Positions 26,294 to 36,417 of a stretch of DNA of 41,795 bases are shown here, piece by piece. The position numbers and the translations under genes are program-made. Source of the stretch: Verrucomicrobiota bacterium (GTDB lineage: Bacteria > Verrucomicrobiota > Verrucomicrobiia > Limisphaerales > SXQI01); assembly GCA_033762115.1 (NCBI GenBank), contig JANRLX010000037.1:1-41795 (forward strand), read 5' to 3'. The notes below the pieces were generated by a model. The model saw only the letters and a list, made by a program, of their open reading frames with translations. It searched no databases and was not told the DNA's origin. Each line of letters starts with the position of its first letter. The stretch's first letter is position 1.

Positions 26294-27262
26294 TTATTCT
26301 TTGGGATAGTCACGCCAAAGCCAGCGGAGAGAATCCGGCAGGATGACTCCGCCATGATTTCCGTTGTGGCCCCCTTCTCCGAAAACAAATTTATAATCGT
26401 AATCTTTTTCTTCGAGGGCAGCGGCCATGTTCAGGTTTCCAATGACCCAGTTCCAGCCGGGACGGCGGCTGCGGTTATCATCCGCGCCATCCTGCAGAAA
26501 AATACGCAGTGGCTTGGGCTCGGCATTCCTGACAATTTCCGGGTATTTGTGACCGCCGCGAATGTTGGTGAAGCTGCCGACATGCGAGAGAACCTTGCGG
26601 AACTGGTCGGGGCGTTCCCAGGCAACAGTGAAGGCACAAATGCCACCGCTGCTGATGCCGCCAATGGCGTGACCTTCAGGATCGTCGGTTATTCGATACT
26701 CTTTTTGCACTTCCGGAAGGATTTCGTTCAGGAGAAAATCTGAATAATCCTTGCTCAATGTATCGTATTCGAAGCTGCGATTTTCCGGTTGCGGTCTCCA
26801 GTCCCTTTCGGGAGGCAATTCCGTTCGTTTAAAGCCGGGATCAACGAAAACGCCGATTGTCACGGGCATTTCCTTTGCGTGGATGAGATTGTCAAAAACG
26901 ACCGGCACTCGAAAATCCCCACCCTCCTTCAGGTAAGTATGGCCATCCTGAAAGACCATCAACGCGGCAGGCTTCGAGCCGTCATATTGGGCTGGGACGT
27001 AGATGGAGTAATGACGAATCGTGCCGGGAAAAACTTTGCTGTCCTTCCAAACATGATGCGTAATCCTGCCACGAGGCACCCCCTCTTTTCGCTCTGAATC
27101 CTTCCCATGAGTGTATTTGACTTCCGGGCGGGGACGTGGTCGCTGCCGTTCCCGTTGTTCGGTCCCGCCCTGACGTTGCGGTTGAGCAGACTCAGCAGCG
27201 CCAAGCCATGCTTCAAAAGTCATCAACGAAAGGCACAATAGAACACGAATGGAGGTGGTCAT
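26294..27262 (-). CDS. Secreted alpha/beta-hydrolase, enterochelin-esterase-like
   Basis: Signal peptide; LMVFQDG; nucleophile elbow GISSGG; LQDGADD; GEGGH. Confidence 0.85.
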   Translation of the reverse strand: MTTSIRVLLCLSLMTFEAWLGAAESAQPQRQGGTEQRERQRPRPRPEVKYTHGKDSERKEGVPRGRITHHVWKDSKVFPGTIRHYSIYVPAQYDGSKPAALMVFQDGHTYLKEGGDFRVPVVFDNLIHAKEMPVTIGVFVDPGFKRTELPPERDWRPQPENRSFEYDTLSKDYSDFLLNEILPEVQKEYRITDDPEGHAIGGISSGGICAFTVAWERPDQFRKVLSHVGSFTNIRGGHKYPEIVRNAEPKPLRIFLQDGADDNRSRRPGWNWVIGNLNMAAALEEKDYDYKFVFGEGGHNGNHGGVILPDSLRWLWRDYPKE

Positions 27263-27366
27263 AAATTTGGTAGTGATGGGAAAAGTTTAAGGCTTTTCAG
27301 GGCAAATCCAATATGGAAATTCCAGGAGTTGAACAATCGCCAAATCAGAGTAAGTTCGCTCGCCTC

Positions 27367-28593
27367 ATGGAACTTCTCCAAAAGCTTTCGATCCTGGCGG
27401 ATGCGGCAAAGTATGATGCTTCCTGTGCGAGCAGCGGGACTTCCTCAAGGAGTGCGCGTGAGAGTGGAGGAATTGGTTCAGCAGGAGGCTCGGGGATTTG
27501 TCACAGTTATACACCTGATGGCCGGTGCGTCTCATTATTAAAAATTTTGCTGACAAATTTTTGCACCTACGACTGCCTCTATTGCATCAACCGTAAATCG
27601 AGCAACGTCCCGCGCGCCCGGTTTACCGCAGAAGAAGTTGTGAACCTGACGCTTGATTTTTATCGGCGAAATTACATTGAAGGATTGTTCTTGAGTTCCG
27701 GGATCATCCGCAGCCCGGACTATACGATGGAACAGATTATTCGGGTGGCAAAGTCGTTGCGGGTGGAACATCAGTTTCGAGGGTATATCCATCTAAAAAC
27801 CATTCCGGAAGCAGGGAGTGAGTTGATCCAGGAAGCAGGATTGTACGCGGACCGGATCAGCATCAATGTGGAACTTCCCACCCAGGAAAACCTGGACCGG
27901 CTCGCACCGGAAAAGAATTTGCAGCGTATCGAAGATGCGATGGGCGACATTCGAACCAAAGTTGATGAATCGAGGGAGAAAGGAAAAGCAGCGGGACCTG
28001 CTTTTGCCCCTGCCGGTCAAAGCACTCAAATGATCATTGGTGCCACGGAGGCAAATGATGCCGCCATCTTGGGGCGGGCTTCGTCATTGTATTCGCGCTT
28101 CAAATTACGCCGGGTTTATTATAGCGCCTACAGCCCGATTCCTGATGCCTCTTCGACACTGCCTCCAATCAAACCGCCATTGATTCGGGAACATCGACTT
28201 TACCAGGCTGACTGGCTTTTGCGATTTTATGGCTTTGCTGTGGACGAGATCACGCCACGGGAGGAACCGAATCTCGATTTACAGCTTGATCCCAAATCTT
28301 CCTGGGCGTTGCGGCATCCCGAGAAATTTCCGGTTGATTTGAACAAAGCTCCTCGAGAGATGCTGCTCCGGGTACCGGGCCTTGGGGTGAGGACTGTGGA
28401 ACGCCTTCTTCAGATTCGCCGCTGGCATCGTATTACGTTTGGGGATCTGGTGCGATTGAAAGTAGCAGTAAAAAAGGTAATGCCTTTTGTTTGCACGAGC
28501 GATCACCATCCGGCAAATCTGGAATCGCGTCCGCAAATACTTCGCCAACAACTTGCTGTGCCCAATGAGCAACTGGAACTTTTTGGAACATGA
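27367..28593 (+). CDS. Putative DNA modification/repair radical SAM protein (TIGR03916-like)
   Basis: KLSILADAAKYDASCASSG, GICHSYTPDGRC, CTYDCLYC, REHRLYQADWLLRFYGF, HhH LLRVPGLG. Start likely 27367; the ORF track gives 27313. Confidence 0.92.
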   Translation: MELLQKLSILADAAKYDASCASSGTSSRSARESGGIGSAGGSGICHSYTPDGRCVSLLKILLTNFCTYDCLYCINRKSSNVPRARFTAEEVVNLTLDFYRRNYIEGLFLSSGIIRSPDYTMEQIIRVAKSLRVEHQFRGYIHLKTIPEAGSELIQEAGLYADRISINVELPTQENLDRLAPEKNLQRIEDAMGDIRTKVDESREKGKAAGPAFAPAGQSTQMIIGATEANDAAILGRASSLYSRFKLRRVYYSAYSPIPDASSTLPPIKPPLIREHRLYQADWLLRFYGFAVDEITPREEPNLDLQLDPKSSWALRHPEKFPVDLNKAPREMLLRVPGLGVRTVERLLQIRRWHRITFGDLVRLKVAVKKVMPFVCTSDHHPANLESRPQILRQQLAVPNEQLELFGT

Positions 28594-29387
28594 AGATTTT
28601 TCGAATTGATCCCACGTTCCAAAGCTGGCGAGGAGCAGCCCGTATGGCGATCAGCAACGAACTCCCGCCGGGCGATTGCATTTTTGTAGAGCGTGGAGAA
28701 GCGAGCTTGTTCGAAGCAGATACTTTCGCAGAGGAAAAAACTGCGAAGGAGATCCGAGTTCCGAAAGAATTCAAACCACTGGCAGAAGCCGTGGCCTGTC
28801 ATGTCGATACAGCAAAGTGGCAATTGCTTTACATGCTGCTCTGGAGATTGAATCATGGGGAACCAAAGCTACTCGAAATCAGTTCTGATCCAGTGGTTCG
28901 CCGCGCCCATGAATTGCAAAAGCAGGTTGGGCGGTCCATCCACAAAATGACTGCCTTCGTGCGCTTTCGTGAATTCCAGCGGGAGGGAGATGAGAAAAGT
29001 CATTTTTTTGCATGGTACGAGCCTGAACATTTTATTCTTAACAGGGTTGCGCCTTTTTTCCGGGACCGCTTTTACTCGATGAACTGGTCGATTCTGACAC
29101 CGATTGGCTGCATTCACTGGAATTTAAAGGATCTCAGTTGGAGTGAGCCCGTTTCCAAACCCCTGAATCTGGAGCCTGACAGCAAGGAGGAACTTTGGTT
29201 GGCTTATTATCGAAGCACGTTTAATCCGGCGAGACTGAAGTTGAAAGCAATGACAGCGGAAATGCCAAAAAAATATTGGAAGAACCTTCCGGAAGCAGGA
29301 ACGATCTCGGAATTAATACAAAACGCCCTGCCACGAGTGGAGAGAATGCTGAACAGAGCGGCTGTGGAGGGTGTCGATAAGATGTGA
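28590..29387 (+). CDS. TIGR03915-like / DUF4130 putative DNA metabolism protein
   Basis: HKMTAFVRF, WYEPEHFI, WSILTP, LWLAYYRSTFNPARLK..EMPKKYWKNLPEA; ATGA overlap with the radical SAM gene. Confidence 0.9.
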   Translation: MKIFRIDPTFQSWRGAARMAISNELPPGDCIFVERGEASLFEADTFAEEKTAKEIRVPKEFKPLAEAVACHVDTAKWQLLYMLLWRLNHGEPKLLEISSDPVVRRAHELQKQVGRSIHKMTAFVRFREFQREGDEKSHFFAWYEPEHFILNRVAPFFRDRFYSMNWSILTPIGCIHWNLKDLSWSEPVSKPLNLEPDSKEELWLAYYRSTFNPARLKLKAMTAEMPKKYWKNLPEAGTISELIQNALPRVERMLNRAAVEGVDKM

Positions 29388-29398
29388 TTGTTTAGACG

Positions 29399-30799
29399 AT
29401 GTCCTTGCCTGTTTTAAACATTCAACAGATGCGAGCCTGGGAAAAGGTCTCATGGGAGGCTGGCAAGCGCGAGGAAAGTGTCATCGCGCAAGTCGGCAAG
29501 GAAATTGCCAGGGCAGTGCTTGAACGAACCGCCCCGGAGGATTCAATCCTGCTCCTGGCTGGAAGCGGCCATAACGGAGATGATGTTCGAGCCGCAGTGC
29601 CGCACCTCTGCCAGCGTAAGCTCCAACTGTTGGAAGTCACCGAACCAAAAAAATCCCTTCATGAACTTACAACCGCTTTGCAGGACCGGCCTCGTTTTGT
29701 GGTGGATGGCCTGTTTGGAATTGGATTAAACCGACCGCTCGGGCCTGATTGGGTGGAATTAATTGGGCATCTCAATCAAAGCACAGTTCCGGTCATCTCC
29801 ATTGATGTTCCCTCAGGGTTGGACGCAAACAGCGGGAAAGTTGAGACAGCTTCGGTGCAGGCGGAAATCACTTTGACAGTCGGAGCGCCCAAAACTGGTT
29901 TGCTTCAAACCGGGGCGGCCCAATATGTGGGAAGACTGGTGGTGTTGGAAAACACCGGGCTTGTCCCCTGCCCTATTCAAACGGAGTGGCAATGGACGAT
30001 TGAGAGTGATTTTAAGGAGTATCCCCCTTTGCGGCGAGTCGATAGTCACAAGGGCACTTACGGGCATGTTGCCATTGTGGGGGGCAGCCTCGGTTACCAT
30101 GGCGCCGCGATATTAGCGGCTCGTGGGGCGATGCGGGCGATGCCGGGTCTGGTAAGTGTGATGACCTCACCGCACGTTTACACACCAGTCGCTTCGCAAT
30201 TACAGGGTGCGATGGTTCATCCATTCCGGCCCGTTTCGAAGTTACCGGAAAATTCCACAGCTCTTGTGATTGGACCTGGTCTGGCAGCTCCGGAAGCGCA
30301 TGGAGAGTTTGCGGTTTTCACGAATGATTGCTGGCAGGATTTTCCGCTGCCCGTGATTGTTGATGCCTCCGCTCTTGATTGGCTGGAGAGTGGACATACC
30401 CCGCTTAATTCGCGTCGTATCATCACTCCACATCCGGGGGAAGCGGCGCGCATGCTCAACTGCACAGCCATGGATATCCAGGAGAACCGCTTTGAGGCAT
30501 TGCGCAGGTTGTCTTCAAAATTCGGCAACTGCTGGGTAATATTGAAAGGGCATCACACTCTGATTGGAAGGAATCATGGGGAGATTTTCATCAATTCCAG
30601 CGGCAATCCATTCATGGCTCAGGGGGGAACAGGTGATGTACTGGCTGGTTTTCTGGGAGGGTTGCTGGCCCAACCCCGCCTGCAGGCAAATCCTGTCAAA
30701 GCACTTCGCTATGGTGTCTGGAGACATGGCACAGCGGCAGATTCTCTCACGGACAGGCAGGATTCATGGTCAGCGGAAGATTTGGCCCGGTCACTCTGA
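29399..30799 (+). CDS. nnr: Bifunctional NAD(P)HX epimerase / ADP-dependent dehydratase
   Basis: GSGHNGDD, DGLFGIG, IDVPSG (YjeF_N); HKGTYG, GPGL, DASAL, TPHPGEAAR, LKG, GGTGDVLAG. Confidence 0.92.
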   Translation: MSLPVLNIQQMRAWEKVSWEAGKREESVIAQVGKEIARAVLERTAPEDSILLLAGSGHNGDDVRAAVPHLCQRKLQLLEVTEPKKSLHELTTALQDRPRFVVDGLFGIGLNRPLGPDWVELIGHLNQSTVPVISIDVPSGLDANSGKVETASVQAEITLTVGAPKTGLLQTGAAQYVGRLVVLENTGLVPCPIQTEWQWTIESDFKEYPPLRRVDSHKGTYGHVAIVGGSLGYHGAAILAARGAMRAMPGLVSVMTSPHVYTPVASQLQGAMVHPFRPVSKLPENSTALVIGPGLAAPEAHGEFAVFTNDCWQDFPLPVIVDASALDWLESGHTPLNSRRIITPHPGEAARMLNCTAMDIQENRFEALRRLSSKFGNCWVILKGHHTLIGRNHGEIFINSSGNPFMAQGGTGDVLAGFLGGLLAQPRLQANPVKALRYGVWRHGTAADSLTDRQDSWSAEDLARSL

Positions 30800-31593
30800 T
30801 GGAAGAGTTTCTTCAAAAAAACCGGGCAGCCTACGACCTTCGAGTGCTCGAAGGAGAGCGGCATACCAGGACAGTACTGGCGCGAGACCTCAAAAATCCA
30901 TTGCCGATCATCGACCCTGAAAACTGGCTCGAAGGAAACGTCCAGGGTAAACCGATTTTGTGCCTGGCTTCCGGTGGGGGGCTCCAAAGCGCATTACTTG
31001 CAGCAGCGGGAGCAATCGTTACAGTGTTGGACATCAGCGGGGAAATGCTTCGATTAGACCGGGAGATCGCAGCCGAACATCATCTTCAACTCCAGACAAT
31101 CCAGGGAACGATGGAGGATTTATCCATGTTCGGCAGCGGCTCATTTCAAGTTGTGCTCCAGCCGGTCAGTTCCTGTTATATCCCGCAACTGCACAGGCTT
31201 CATGCAGAGGTAGCGCGAATTCTTGAGCCAAAAGGAATTTACATTTCACAGCATAAACAACCTGCCAGTCTTCAAGGCGATGCGCTTCCGCATCCCGGAG
31301 CGGGAGGCTACCTGGTGCGCACCCTATATAACCATGCAGGGGCATTGCCGCAGACCTCCCCGTGTTTGCATCGGGAATGGGAGATGGTCGAATTCCTTCA
31401 CCCCTGGGAAACCCTGATTGGCGGGCTGTGTCGCGCAGGATTTGTTGTTGAAGATTTGGTCGAACCTCAGCAAAAGGTTGGAGACGCAAATTTTCTGGAA
31501 CGGTCGAGATATTTGCCTCCCTACGTGAAAATCAAAGCGCGAAGAACAGAGAAAAACCCGGCAATGCCATCAGTAATCTGGACACCCTCTTAG
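30799..31593 (+). CDS. Class I SAM-dependent methyltransferase
   Basis: ILCLASGGGLQ..VLDIS..QPVSSCY; start at the TGATG overlap with nnr (30799). Confidence 0.85.
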   Translation: MEEFLQKNRAAYDLRVLEGERHTRTVLARDLKNPLPIIDPENWLEGNVQGKPILCLASGGGLQSALLAAAGAIVTVLDISGEMLRLDREIAAEHHLQLQTIQGTMEDLSMFGSGSFQVVLQPVSSCYIPQLHRLHAEVARILEPKGIYISQHKQPASLQGDALPHPGAGGYLVRTLYNHAGALPQTSPCLHREWEMVEFLHPWETLIGGLCRAGFVVEDLVEPQQKVGDANFLERSRYLPPYVKIKARRTEKNPAMPSVIWTPS

Positions 31594-32132
31594 CGACCGC
31601 GCTGGGTGGTGGCGAGGCGTTGCTGCATCCGGGCATCCATTGCCACAAAGGAGACTTCGACATAAAGGTCATCGAAAGTTTTTTGGACCTGTTCCAGATT
31701 GGCCCCGACTCGCTCAAGCTCCTGGAGCCAGCTGCTGTAAGAACGCTTTTCAAGATTTTCGTGCAATGAATCTCCTGCTGTGTTGGAAAGGATTTGAGCA
31801 AATACCAGGTCACTTACCTTCACCTTTTTCTGACGAATGGCGCTGGTGATAATATCTTCATCAATCTCCAGAATCGAAGAAATTTTTGGTGCGAAAATTG
31901 TTGGGTCCAGAGGTTTGATTCGGATCTCCCGTTGATGACCATTTTCGTGGATGATCATCTTGCGTTTTTTTTCGGCTGAAACCAATTCATCGAGTGATTC
32001 AGCGGTATTTTTGATGCTCGAACGGGAACTGGTTGTGTCAGCGAGGCAAACGGCAATAGTCAACAAAAACATGCATGACCACGCCCCCAAGGCTTTTCGC
32101 GGACTCCAACTCGACAATGCTTTTGATTTCAC
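31590..32132 (-). CDS. Hypothetical exported protein
   Basis: 180 aa ORF with an N-terminal hydrophobic segment; fills the gap between genes. Confidence 0.6.
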   Translation of the reverse strand: MKSKALSSWSPRKALGAWSCMFLLTIAVCLADTTSSRSSIKNTAESLDELVSAEKKRKMIIHENGHQREIRIKPLDPTIFAPKISSILEIDEDIITSAIRQKKVKVSDLVFAQILSNTAGDSLHENLEKRSYSSWLQELERVGANLEQVQKTFDDLYVEVSFVAMDARMQQRLATTQRGR

Positions 32133-32236
32133 GAAGAAACATAGAGTAATAAAAATCGATGCGCACCCGCATCATCGCCTGAATCTCGGTTGAACGTGAA
32201 TCCCGGTATCAAGGCCGGGGTTTCCCTCAAAGAAGA

Positions 32237-33664
32237 TTAACTGGAGAAAACCTGGCGGATAGCTTTGGCAATCAGCATAATTGCTTTTTTGATCTCGTCT
32301 GGTTTTGTGCAGAAGGGGGGCATCAAGACGATAACATTCCCGATGGGACGCGTCAGCACACCGGCTTCCGCCAAAGCGGTGCAGACACGAATTCCGGCTT
32401 TGGCTGCCAGCGGAATGGAAGTTCTTTGACGCCAGTCAGCCACCAATTCAATTCCCGCAACACATCCTGACTGGCGAATATCGCCAACCTGAGGGAGCAG
32501 CCATAACTCCTCCAACCCTTCTTTCATCGCCTGCTCCAGCCTTGCGCGACGGTGAAATGTTTGCGGTGATTTCAGGATGTCGATGCTGGCACAAGCCGCA
32601 GCGCTGCCGAGTTGATTAGCCGTAAAGCTGTGGCCATGGAAAAAGGTTTTGAACTCGTCATACCTGCCGAGAAACAGATCAAAAATCGGTTGAGTTGCAA
32701 AGGTTGCGGCCATTGGGAGATAACCACCGGTCATGCCTTTCGCGACCGCCATGAGATCAGGAATAATTCCTTCTGCATGAGAAGCAAAATAAGAAGGTTT
32801 GCCCGCCGCATCACGCAAGGCGACACGACCAAAGCCGGTCATGACTTCATCAGCAATCAACAAGGCATCATATTGACGGGCGATTGCAGAAACATCTTTC
32901 AACCAACCGGTTGGTTGCGGGACCATTCCGGCAGCACCCTGCATGAGAGGTTCCACAACCACTCCAGCGTAGGAGTTGCCTGATTTTTTTGCGGTGGCAA
33001 ACGCCTTCTCGACCTGGCCGACGCATTCCCATTTACATTTGCGGTAGGTTCTGGCATCAGCGCGTTCCGGTTTCGCCTGGTTAAAAGGGCAGCGGTAACA
33101 GTAGGGCGCCATGACACTATCCGACTCGAACAACAACCCGCTGTAATTTTTATGGAAAAGATCAATGTGCCCGAGGCTGACGGCACCAATGGTGTCTCCA
33201 TGGTAGGCACCATTTAATCCAAGAAACCGAGGCTTTTTCGCTTTACCAAGGCGACGGGTATATTCATAGGCAAGCTTGAGGGCCACTTCCATCGCGGTGG
33301 AGCCATCATCAGAATAAAAAAGCCTGGCCAGTTCCGGTTGAGCGTTGAACCGTGATTGGGCATTCGCCAGCGGAACCAGTTCGCCTGCCAGAATGGAGGC
33401 GGGTTCATTGGCAAGGCCAAGCGCTGAACTGTGTGAAATTTTACTCAACTGCTGCCGGATTGCGCGATTGATTACCGGATGAGCATGCCCATGAAGGTTG
33501 GTCCAGATCGAAGAATTGGCATCAAGATATTTTTGTCCGTTAATATCGTACAGATACGCTCCCCTGCCCTTCTGAATAATGATGGGATCGCTGGCCATCC
33601 AATCACTCATTTGCGTGAAGGGGTGCCAGATATATTTCCGGTCCAGTTCGAGGAGAGAGTTCAA
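32237..33664 (-). CDS. bioA: Adenosylmethionine-8-amino-7-oxononanoate aminotransferase
   Basis: IWHPFTQM, YSDDGSTAMEVALK, YHGDTIGA, EPLMQGAAGM, DEVMTGFGR, AKGMTGGYLP, HGHSFTAN. Confidence 0.9.
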   Translation of the reverse strand: MNSLLELDRKYIWHPFTQMSDWMASDPIIIQKGRGAYLYDINGQKYLDANSSIWTNLHGHAHPVINRAIRQQLSKISHSSALGLANEPASILAGELVPLANAQSRFNAQPELARLFYSDDGSTAMEVALKLAYEYTRRLGKAKKPRFLGLNGAYHGDTIGAVSLGHIDLFHKNYSGLLFESDSVMAPYCYRCPFNQAKPERADARTYRKCKWECVGQVEKAFATAKKSGNSYAGVVVEPLMQGAAGMVPQPTGWLKDVSAIARQYDALLIADEVMTGFGRVALRDAAGKPSYFASHAEGIIPDLMAVAKGMTGGYLPMAATFATQPIFDLFLGRYDEFKTFFHGHSFTANQLGSAAACASIDILKSPQTFHRRARLEQAMKEGLEELWLLPQVGDIRQSGCVAGIELVADWRQRTSIPLAAKAGIRVCTALAEAGVLTRPIGNVIVLMPPFCTKPDEIKKAIMLIAKAIRQVFSS

Positions 33665-33668
33665 GCCA

Positions 33669-34844
33669 TTAAAATTTAAAACAGATCTGGCGGACGCATT
33701 CCTGAAAATCCTTGGCGCCTTTCAGAATCTTGATTTCCACACGCATGAAACAAATGGGAAGATCGCGACGATCAATTTTGGGAAAACGAACAGCATCCTT
33801 CTGGGTGGTAATGATGACCTGGGCTTGTCGTTTTTTGCTGCGATTGATCACGTTCAGGATTTCCTGTTGCGAAAAGCGGTGGTGATCAGCAAACCGTTTT
33901 GAGTAAACAAGCTCCGCGCCGAGTTTTGCGAGACTCAGTTCAAAACTTTCAGGCTGGGCAATACCGCTCAGGCTGGCAGCGCGCTTCCCTTTTAAAAATT
34001 CCAGGTCGTAGCGCTCTCCACTGAACACATCCTCAAAATAAAGGGGAGCATGAATGCACTCGATGATGCCTGCTGTGGAATTGTATTTTGCGATTCGTTT
34101 GCGGAGTTCCTCGGTATTTCCGTCGCTTTTCGTGATAAAAATTGTGCTGGCGCGTTTCAGATGTTCCGGCGGCTCCCGCAACGTCCCACGGGGCAGCATC
34201 CGTTCATTGCCGAAAGGTTGCTGAAAATCCACCAGTACGATATCCCGACGCCTGCCACGAAGTTTCCAATATTGAAATCCATCATCCAAAAGCAAGGTAT
34301 CGCACCCAAATTTTTCGATGGCATATCGCCCGCTTTTGACACGGTCCTTATCCACCAGCACGACCACATCCTTTAAATTGGAGGCAAGCATGTAAGGTTC
34401 GTCCCCTGCGGTTTCAGAATCGAGCAACAGCGATTTGCCGTCGGAAACAACGCGCGGTGGCGTGCTTTCTTCACGAAAAAGCAGTTTGTTGATCAGTCTT
34501 TTACGCAATGGCGGGGGCTTGGAACGATAACCGCGTGAAAGAATTGCCACATGCCGCCCTTCGTCCTGAAGCACGCGAGCAAATTTTTCCACGACAGGGG
34601 TTTTACCTGTCCCGCCAACAGTCAGGTTTCCAATGGCAATGACCTGAATGCCCAGCGTGGAATCACGCAACAGGCGGAAATCATAAAGAAATTTGCGAAG
34701 TTTTACTGCCACTCCAAAAACTTTGGAGAGGGCGGTGAGCAACCCTCGGACTATGGCCGCACGGGTTCCGCGGCGTTGGCCGAAGATGACTTCGAGAATG
34801 AAAGTTTCGAGCGATTCGGTCCACGCCCGCAAGGTCTCACGCAT
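33669..34844 (-). CDS. lpxK: Tetraacyldisaccharide 4'-kinase
   Basis: [50 protein letters not shown]. Confidence 0.95.
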   Translation of the reverse strand: MRETLRAWTESLETFILEVIFGQRRGTRAAIVRGLLTALSKVFGVAVKLRKFLYDFRLLRDSTLGIQVIAIGNLTVGGTGKTPVVEKFARVLQDEGRHVAILSRGYRSKPPPLRKRLINKLLFREESTPPRVVSDGKSLLLDSETAGDEPYMLASNLKDVVVLVDKDRVKSGRYAIEKFGCDTLLLDDGFQYWKLRGRRRDIVLVDFQQPFGNERMLPRGTLREPPEHLKRASTIFITKSDGNTEELRKRIAKYNSTAGIIECIHAPLYFEDVFSGERYDLEFLKGKRAASLSGIAQPESFELSLAKLGAELVYSKRFADHHRFSQQEILNVINRSKKRQAQVIITTQKDAVRFPKIDRRDLPICFMRVEIKILKGAKDFQECVRQICFKF

Positions 34845-34935
34845 TCAGCGGTGACAATGCCAAAGAAGATTGGATGGGTGAAGCGGGAATAACTGGAGAG
34901 CTTGCGAACGTGCGGAACTTCGCCATCCTGAGCCA

Positions 34936-36333
34936 ATGCGAGTGAACTATCTGGGTGCTACCCGGACAACCACAGGATCAATGTATCTGCTGGAGGTGAA
35001 CAGCCAGCGAATTCTTCTCGAATGCGGTTTGTTTCAGGGAAAACGCGGTGAAACCATGGAAAGAAACCGCCATTTTCCCTTTGATCCGGCAACTCTTGAC
35101 GCCGTTGTGTTGAGTCATGCCCATATCGATCATTGCGGCAATCTTCCGAATCTTTGCCGCCAGGGTTACTCCGGAAATATTTATTGCACCTTCGCCACGA
35201 GAGATCTTGCCGCCATCATGCTGGAAGATTCTGCAGAGATTCAAAGGGCGGATGCAGAGTTTATTTCAAAAAAGCGGGCGAAACGGGGAGAACCCCCAGT
35301 TGAACCACTTTACCGGGCAGCTGATGCTGAGAAAGCAGTCCGGCAGTTCATTTCCCTGAACTATGACCGCCCCATCCAGATCGCGGATGGCGTGACACTA
35401 ATCTTCAAGGATGCCGGGCATATCCTGGGTTCCGCACAGGTAATTCTGGATGTACGTGAAGGGCGCCGCAAATTCCGGTACCTTTTCAGCGGTGATGTCG
35501 GGCGTGGCAATGACGATATCCTGCGTGACCCGGAACCTGTGGATGATGTGGATTTCCTGCAAATCGAGAGCACTTACGGAGCGCGGGAACACACCGCCAA
35601 ACCATCAGCAGTGGCCACTGCCCGTGACATTGTGAGGGAGACTTTGCAGAATAATGGGAAAGTGATTATCCCCGCCTTTTCTGTCGGCCGCACCCAGCAG
35701 ATTGTTTACACCTTGCACCAGCTTACCCTTGCGGGTGAACTTCCACCCTGCCCGATTTTCGTGGACAGTCCCTTGAGTGTGAATGCAACGGAGGTTTATC
35801 GCCTGCACCCGGAATGCTTCAATGAAACAATTTATCAATTTTTGCGAGAAAAGGCGAATCCGTTTGGAATGGAGAACCTGACTTATATTCGGGAGCTGGC
35901 TCACTCGATGAAACTGAATGATCTGAAGGAAAGTGCGATAATCATCAGTGCCTCGGGAATGTGCGAAGCAGGGAGAATTCGACATCACCTGAAAAACCAT
36001 ATCGGCAATCCCAATAATCTGGTTCTTTTCATTGGATATTGCGCCGAGCATACGCTGGGAGCCCAAATCCTGGCGCAGAAACCCGTAGTCAACATTTTTG
36101 GAGAACCGCACACCGTTCGGGCGAAAATCAGCGCGATTGATGCGTTTTCAGGTCATGCTGATCGAAGCGAATTGGTGGATTATGCAAATCGGCTTTCCGG
36201 CAATATCAGACATATTGCGGTAGTCCATGGTGAAGAGAGCCAGGCAATGGCTTTTGGGGAACTCCTCCGAACAATGCGACCAAAGGCGAATGTGGTCGTC
36301 CCTCATTATAAGGACCATGCCATCCTTGAATAG
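34936..36333 (+). CDS. MBL-fold / beta-CASP ribonuclease-like hydrolase
   Basis: SHAHIDHCG, AGHILGSA, SGDVG, ESTYG, PAFSVGRTQ, FSGHAD, VHGE. Confidence 0.92.
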   Translation: MRVNYLGATRTTTGSMYLLEVNSQRILLECGLFQGKRGETMERNRHFPFDPATLDAVVLSHAHIDHCGNLPNLCRQGYSGNIYCTFATRDLAAIMLEDSAEIQRADAEFISKKRAKRGEPPVEPLYRAADAEKAVRQFISLNYDRPIQIADGVTLIFKDAGHILGSAQVILDVREGRRKFRYLFSGDVGRGNDDILRDPEPVDDVDFLQIESTYGAREHTAKPSAVATARDIVRETLQNNGKVIIPAFSVGRTQQIVYTLHQLTLAGELPPCPIFVDSPLSVNATEVYRLHPECFNETIYQFLREKANPFGMENLTYIRELAHSMKLNDLKESAIIISASGMCEAGRIRHHLKNHIGNPNNLVLFIGYCAEHTLGAQILAQKPVVNIFGEPHTVRAKISAIDAFSGHADRSELVDYANRLSGNIRHIAVVHGEESQAMAFGELLRTMRPKANVVVPHYKDHAILE

Positions 36334-36417
36334 GCAGGCGGACGAGTACATCAGATGCTGCGACGAGAGATGTAACAGGTTGCCCAGTTAAAGAGGGTGT
36401 TGCATCCTTGTTCAAAC

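Noticed and set aside
26294..27262. Esterase as a signal-degrading enzyme for the Phc-like system
   Set aside because: About 8 kb away beyond unrelated operons, and a common family; no linking evidence.
27322..27335. Possible Verrucomicrobia LexA box (TGTTC-N4-GAACA) before the repair radical SAM gene
   Set aside because: Only the GAACA half-site is present; the left half reads CCAGG.
30799..31593. Second methyltransferase as part of the signalling system or a restriction-modification system
   Set aside because: No PhcB blocks or DNA-MTase catalytic motifs; coupled to nnr.
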